Shown in pieces: positions 59,331 to 64,000 of a stretch of DNA of 64,000 bases (positions within the stretch are counted from its first letter, which is position 1; each line of letters opens with the position of its first letter). The notes below the pieces were generated by a model. That model did not search any database and was not told the DNA's origin. It saw only the letters and a list, made by a program, of their open reading frames with translations. The position numbers and the translations under genes are program-made. The stretch is taken from positions 496,001 through 560,000 of the forward strand of contig JAUFOQ010000003.1 of the NCBI GenBank assembly GCA_040285855.1, read 5' to 3'. Source of the DNA: Eukaryota sp. GEM-RC1. Lineage: Eukaryota.

Positions 59331-59345
59331 TTAATACATACTAAT

Positions 59346-62336
59346 TCAGAAAATGAAAGAAGTTAAATTCTCCACATCAACACGAGAATTGTCCCTATAC
59401 AACTTCGAATATATGGAACATAAATACTTGGGAATGCTTCTATAAAGAGCAAACATAATTCGATTAGTCCATACAGCGCTATTAAACACCTTGCCATTAG
59501 AACGACATAAAAGACTAAAATCACTGAAAAACTTTAAACCGGCTGGACCAATATTACCAAAAATTGAAATTGCAAATGGAACAAAAGAAAACTTAGAATA
59601 TAGATTTTCATTAAGTTTCTGCAAAGCATCCGCATAATTTGAACACTTTCGCTGTTCAGCCTTTTCCCGATGACCATTCGAATCATTCAGTATGGAGTCT
59701 TGGTAGACTTTTGCAAAGGGTCAACTGTGGTAAAATCAACCACAACTTGAGATGAATCCAGAAAAGGAGCAATTAAGTCACCACGCCGAGAATCACACAC
59801 GTTATTGTCACTATAATGTTTCAGAAGAGGTTCAATTTTACAACTATAGTTGTAGGATTTGAACATTTCATAAGTAACGTCACGAACAGTGTTATGTAGA
59901 ACAGATCGAAATTGCAAAAATTTCTTGCAACTAACAACATGACGAAACGTGGCTGTAGATCGGTTATCGCAAACACAAATTGAATTATTTAGCAAGCCAC
60001 TAGGGAATAAACCTAAACGAAGACGCATATTTTGCTTCCAAGCATCATTGTTCAAATGTAAACCAAAAGGTCTAGGTTGTTGAGTGATGAAGCTAGAACA
60101 TTGTTGAATGTCACATAAAAAAGCTGCAAAGACGGGATTATCAATCTTAGTCACACTAAGTCTTTTACTAAAATCCAAGTCTTCCAACCCAAGTAATGTA
60201 GCATTCTGTAACTTAACTACAGCAAGAGGTAGCAATTCAATTGACCGATCAGGAATAGATGAAACACTTTTCGGGAAACTTTTGTTCCAAACTTCAATAG
60301 GCAAACCTTGAACTAACTCCTCCAAAGAGTTCAATAAAGCGTAAGAGCCGTCTACAACTGAATCGAAAATATTTTCGAACCGAAGCTTACTTTCAAAAGA
60401 AAGTTCTTCATACCACCAACGAAAGCACTTTTACATAAATACTCAGCTCTTGAAAACCAACACCACCATATTTTGAACTGAAAAGGCATGGTAAGGAATT
60501 TTGGAACTATTGATTTCAACCAAATTCCCTAAAAATTGAGTTCTCAAAGAGTTGAACTCACGAGCAAAACCAAGAGAAAGTTCAGGTGGTAAAGATCTAA
60601 GAAGATGATTGATTTTCGATCCAAAACAGACTGAAAGTACCGAAAAAGCCAAGTAATTATCGATCTTGAGATCTTGTATAGACTGCAATTGAACTTTGAT
60701 TTTCTGAAGATAGTTCTTGAGCACACTCTCAATCTGCAAAGGATTGCCAGAATAGGAACCCAAAAAACGGACAGCTTCAGTGTTATAGTCCACAAACTGG
60801 ATAGATTGCTCACCATACATAAGTTCCGCAAACCGCTTACCAATAAGAAAACATTTAGGTAGTTTGATTTCTAAACCAATTGATTGTGATAAACTTACAA
60901 AATGTTTTAAACCATCCTTAAGAGCACTTAAAGGACCAATAAGAGAAGAATCATCAGCGTAAGCACACAAATGAATATCAGGAAATCTATCCTTAAACTT
61001 AACTAAAATGGATTGAAGAGCCAAACAAAAGAAAAAAGGGTCCTGGAGGATCCCCTTGTTTAACTCCTCTTGTTGAAGAAATTACTTTAGAATGAAAAAC
61101 AAGATCAGATGAAAATCCGTACAATTTAAAATATGGTAAAAGGGGTGGAAAGTGTTGTTCCAATTCAGAGAAAATACTTGAGCGAAGGATTGAATTGAAG
61201 GCATTCTTATAATCCACGTTCAACAAAAAATTGTGTTCAGACTGATTAAATAGCATATCAGAACACAGAACTGCACACGTTGTGCCATCGGGTATGCCAA
61301 TAGCAAATTGAAATGGCCTAAAAAATTGAATGGATTGAGACTTGACTCTGCGAAAACACAAGATTGCGAGTAATCTCATGACAGATTCACCGACAGCAAT
61401 GGGGCGGACACCTCCACCAGACTTGTTTATAGCAATCAAACGAGAGGCAGTTAATGCAGGAGGCATCTTACATCTTCCCATGACAACATTGTTGAAAAAT
61501 ACGGCAAGATCGTCAGCTACCTCAGAACAAATGTTAATGACTGCCTTTAAATGATCGTAACTCAGACCAGACGGTCCAGCTGCACGACCCGAAGGCAGAC
61601 TTCTAATACAACCAAGAACTTCACTAGCAGTAATGGGATTAGTTGTATAGTAATCAACGTCAGCAGATGAAACACAATAATTGATAACAAAATCTTCATG
61701 AGGATGAAGTTTCTCCAAAGCAGACAAAGTAGCATCATTGAATGCAGCAGGTGAAGACTCTTCTAACAAACCAAGAGCAGAAGAGTATTGAGATCGTAGA
61801 ACAAGAGATTCAAAACGCTTTTTGAGAACTTGAGGACTCATAGAAGAAGGCAATCCACTGACGGACTTCTTAGAATTTGAGCAAACAGACTTGGACAAAA
61901 GGAACTTCCACAAAATAGAAGGGTTCCAAACACCTTTTCGCAAAGCGAATGTCGAAGAACGAACAGAAAAAGCAAGGGAAGAATAATGAGCAGGAGAGAC
62001 AAACGTAGGAATACGGAAAGGTGGTCTACAAGGATCTTTAGGGAAACAAGAATCACAGACTAGAAGGGGTCTCCCAGCGACGTTGAAACCACAAATAGTA
62101 GAAGCACAAAACAGGCAAACCTTGGAAATAACATCAACAGAAGCAGATGAAAGAAGCTGAGGACAAGATACAGAGTCAGGAGGAATAGAAGGAGCAACCA
62201 GTGTTGCTTCATCTGACAGAGCTTTACGGACCCGACATGTTGTTTTTGTGTGTCCAGTAGCCTTACAAACAGAACAAGTAGTCACTGAACCTTTAGGGCG
62301 ACCTCTTGTGGGCTTAACAGAAGAAGATGATGTCAT
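59346..62336 (-). mobile_element. Near full-length CRE-like non-LTR retrotransposon (~3 kb single ORF, frameshifted)
   Basis: N-terminal AT-hook RGRPKG and CSVCKATGHTKTTC; AAGPSGL, GGVRPIAVGE, DYKNAFNS, GVKQGDP, AYADD; CVC...HVVSC; RRGDLI...DFTTVD; PFAISIFGNIG. Confidence 0.9.
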
Positions 62337-62419
62337 AAGCAGACATGAAGAGGAAAAAAAAACATAATTATTTATTCTAAAAGTAATAGACAACAACACT
62401 ACAGTGTACATACATCTCA

Positions 62420-63325
62420 CGAAAGATTGGACTGTAAAAACCGTATTAGCTTGGCTAAGACTAAGAGTCCCGCTTTTTGTGCATTTTTGAATGATATTTC
62501 TTCAAGCGCTGCGTCTTCATTTGTTTCTCGTTTGCCAAGAAAATTTTGTTTTAATCTTAAGGACCATGAATGGCTTATTAACATGAGACTTAGGTTAGGT
62601 TTATGGCCTTCAGGTCTGTTGAAGCATTCTCCATGTCTTTGTGGTCGTTCAAAGGCTTCCAATTTTCATCATTTAGTTAACTGCCATCAATTTATTCATT
62701 TTCGATCAATAATCCACAACAGTATCCGGGATACATGTTTGGATATGTTTAAGGCTAATGGTTTTCATGGAAAAATTGAACCTTTACTTGCTAATCTTTC
62801 TGATCAGCCAAAGGTTGATAGAAGTCGTGGTGATTTGATTGGTCCTTGGTTATCTTGTCAGGAAATTATTATGGATTTCACGACTGTTGATCCTTGTAAT
62901 TCAAGATCAATTTCCAAAAATTTTGATGATGATTTTTCTGCTCTTGAAGTGGCTGAAAAAGGAAAAAATTCAAAGTACCCAGACTGTCACTTAATTAACC
63001 AATTGAATGTTGACAGGTACAATTCTTTGTGTTTCAACCTTTTGCGATGTCGATATATGGTAATATTGGACCAGCTACACAAGGTTTTTTTGACTTCCTT
63101 TGGTAAATTGTGTTCTGAGTATGGTAAAGCTTTCAATGAAAATTTTTGGTTGAGTAAGTTAACGTTTGCGTTGGTTCGTTCAATGCACAGATATTTTAAT
63201 TCAATTTAAGGTAAGTTGTTCGGTGATGGACAGAAGGATCATAGTTTAGATACTTTAGTTAGTGTCTGTTAGTTATTAACTTCTGCAAATGCATTTATTT
63301 CACTGACTGATCATAAACCCCGTTT
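62420..63325 (+). mobile_element. 5'-truncated CRE-like copy (zinc motif + RLE + 3' UTR)
   Basis: MRLRLGL, CLCG...HLVNC, HNSIRD, IEP, SRGDLI...DFTTVD, K.SKY. Its 3' ~320 bp is duplicated at 12303-12626. Confidence 0.85.
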
Positions 63326-64000
63326 TTTATCAAATTGTTTTTGAAGCAACCTATATATACAACTAAATATACAAAATGAATAAAATACAAAAGACCAACA
63401 CGACAATTTTTTGTCGTGCGACAAAAATATATCATGAGGTCATAAATCTGTGATTGAGAACACTTTCCCCCAGCAAAATGTCAAGTAGAATCTCATCCGA
63501 ATGAAGTTGGTGTGTAGAACATCCAAAACAACAGTTGCAAAGAAACGTTGTTGGTGATGTATCCCCAAAGAGCAAATCCCATGTTGAGAACTGTGATAAT
63601 ACAATGCTTTGGGATTGTTGAGATTACTAAAATTTGCTTAAAACTAATTGACTTTCCAGTAAACTGGTCAAATAATACTTTAGTCTCTGGAAATATGTAT
63701 GAATTCAGAATACATGTAGATACATGATATAGATTCAAAGTTAGTAATCTGAAGTTAAAAAGCAGAGATGGTGTTGTAGTGTAGATTGTTCTTCCATAAT
63801 TTTGTATTTCTCTCATGATACCGCTCTCTTAAACTATTTCGTGTAGTAGAACTATTGAATGATGGAGAAGGTCACTACATGTATGTACCTGAAGGTCCAA
63901 CACAAAAGAATTGAACGGAATCTACTCTGAATCGAAAACGGAACCATTTTGAAAACACTTAGCAACATCAAGCTACATGTGAAAAGCCATGGAATATACA

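Noticed and set aside
63330..64000. 107-aa minus-strand ORF and terminal sequence
   Set aside because: No recognisable motifs; truncated by the window edge.

Overview
AT-rich eukaryotic DNA from a gene-dense protist genome. It has 26-31 nt GT-AG introns, ciliary genes (BBIP1, OSCP1), arginine deiminase and a class II aldolase, which suggests an anaerobic flagellate, probably a metamonad (inference). Host gene islands lie at about 8.9-14.7 kb, 37.9-47 kb and 51.3-54 kb. They are interleaved with a complete chromodomain Ty3/Gypsy element (110-bp LTRs, ATCA target duplication) inserted in a CRE-like non-LTR element, several more CRE-like RT+RLE copies around a tRNA-Glu, and nested hAT-type MITEs with 8-bp TSDs. 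The standout is a ~22-kb block (about 15.5-37.8 kb) with no recognisable housekeeping genes. It holds a 20x15-bp tandem array, a PIF1 helicase, a stand-alone Ulp1-family protease and two long frameshift-interrupted polyprotein reading frames, each with a viral-type 2A (DxExNPGP) ribosome-skipping motif near its N-terminus. One polyprotein carries a Zn knuckle and a DEAH helicase. The other joins two SENP8/Ulp1 protease domains and a degenerate PolB exonuclease-like domain to a Fanzor1 (eukaryotic TnpB-family RNA-guided nuclease) with an intact D-E-D RuvC triad, followed by a hairpin-rich candidate omegaRNA region. I found no transposase, capsid or element termini for this block. Many of the frameshifts may be assembly indels. 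All family calls are by motif recognition by eye, not by database search.
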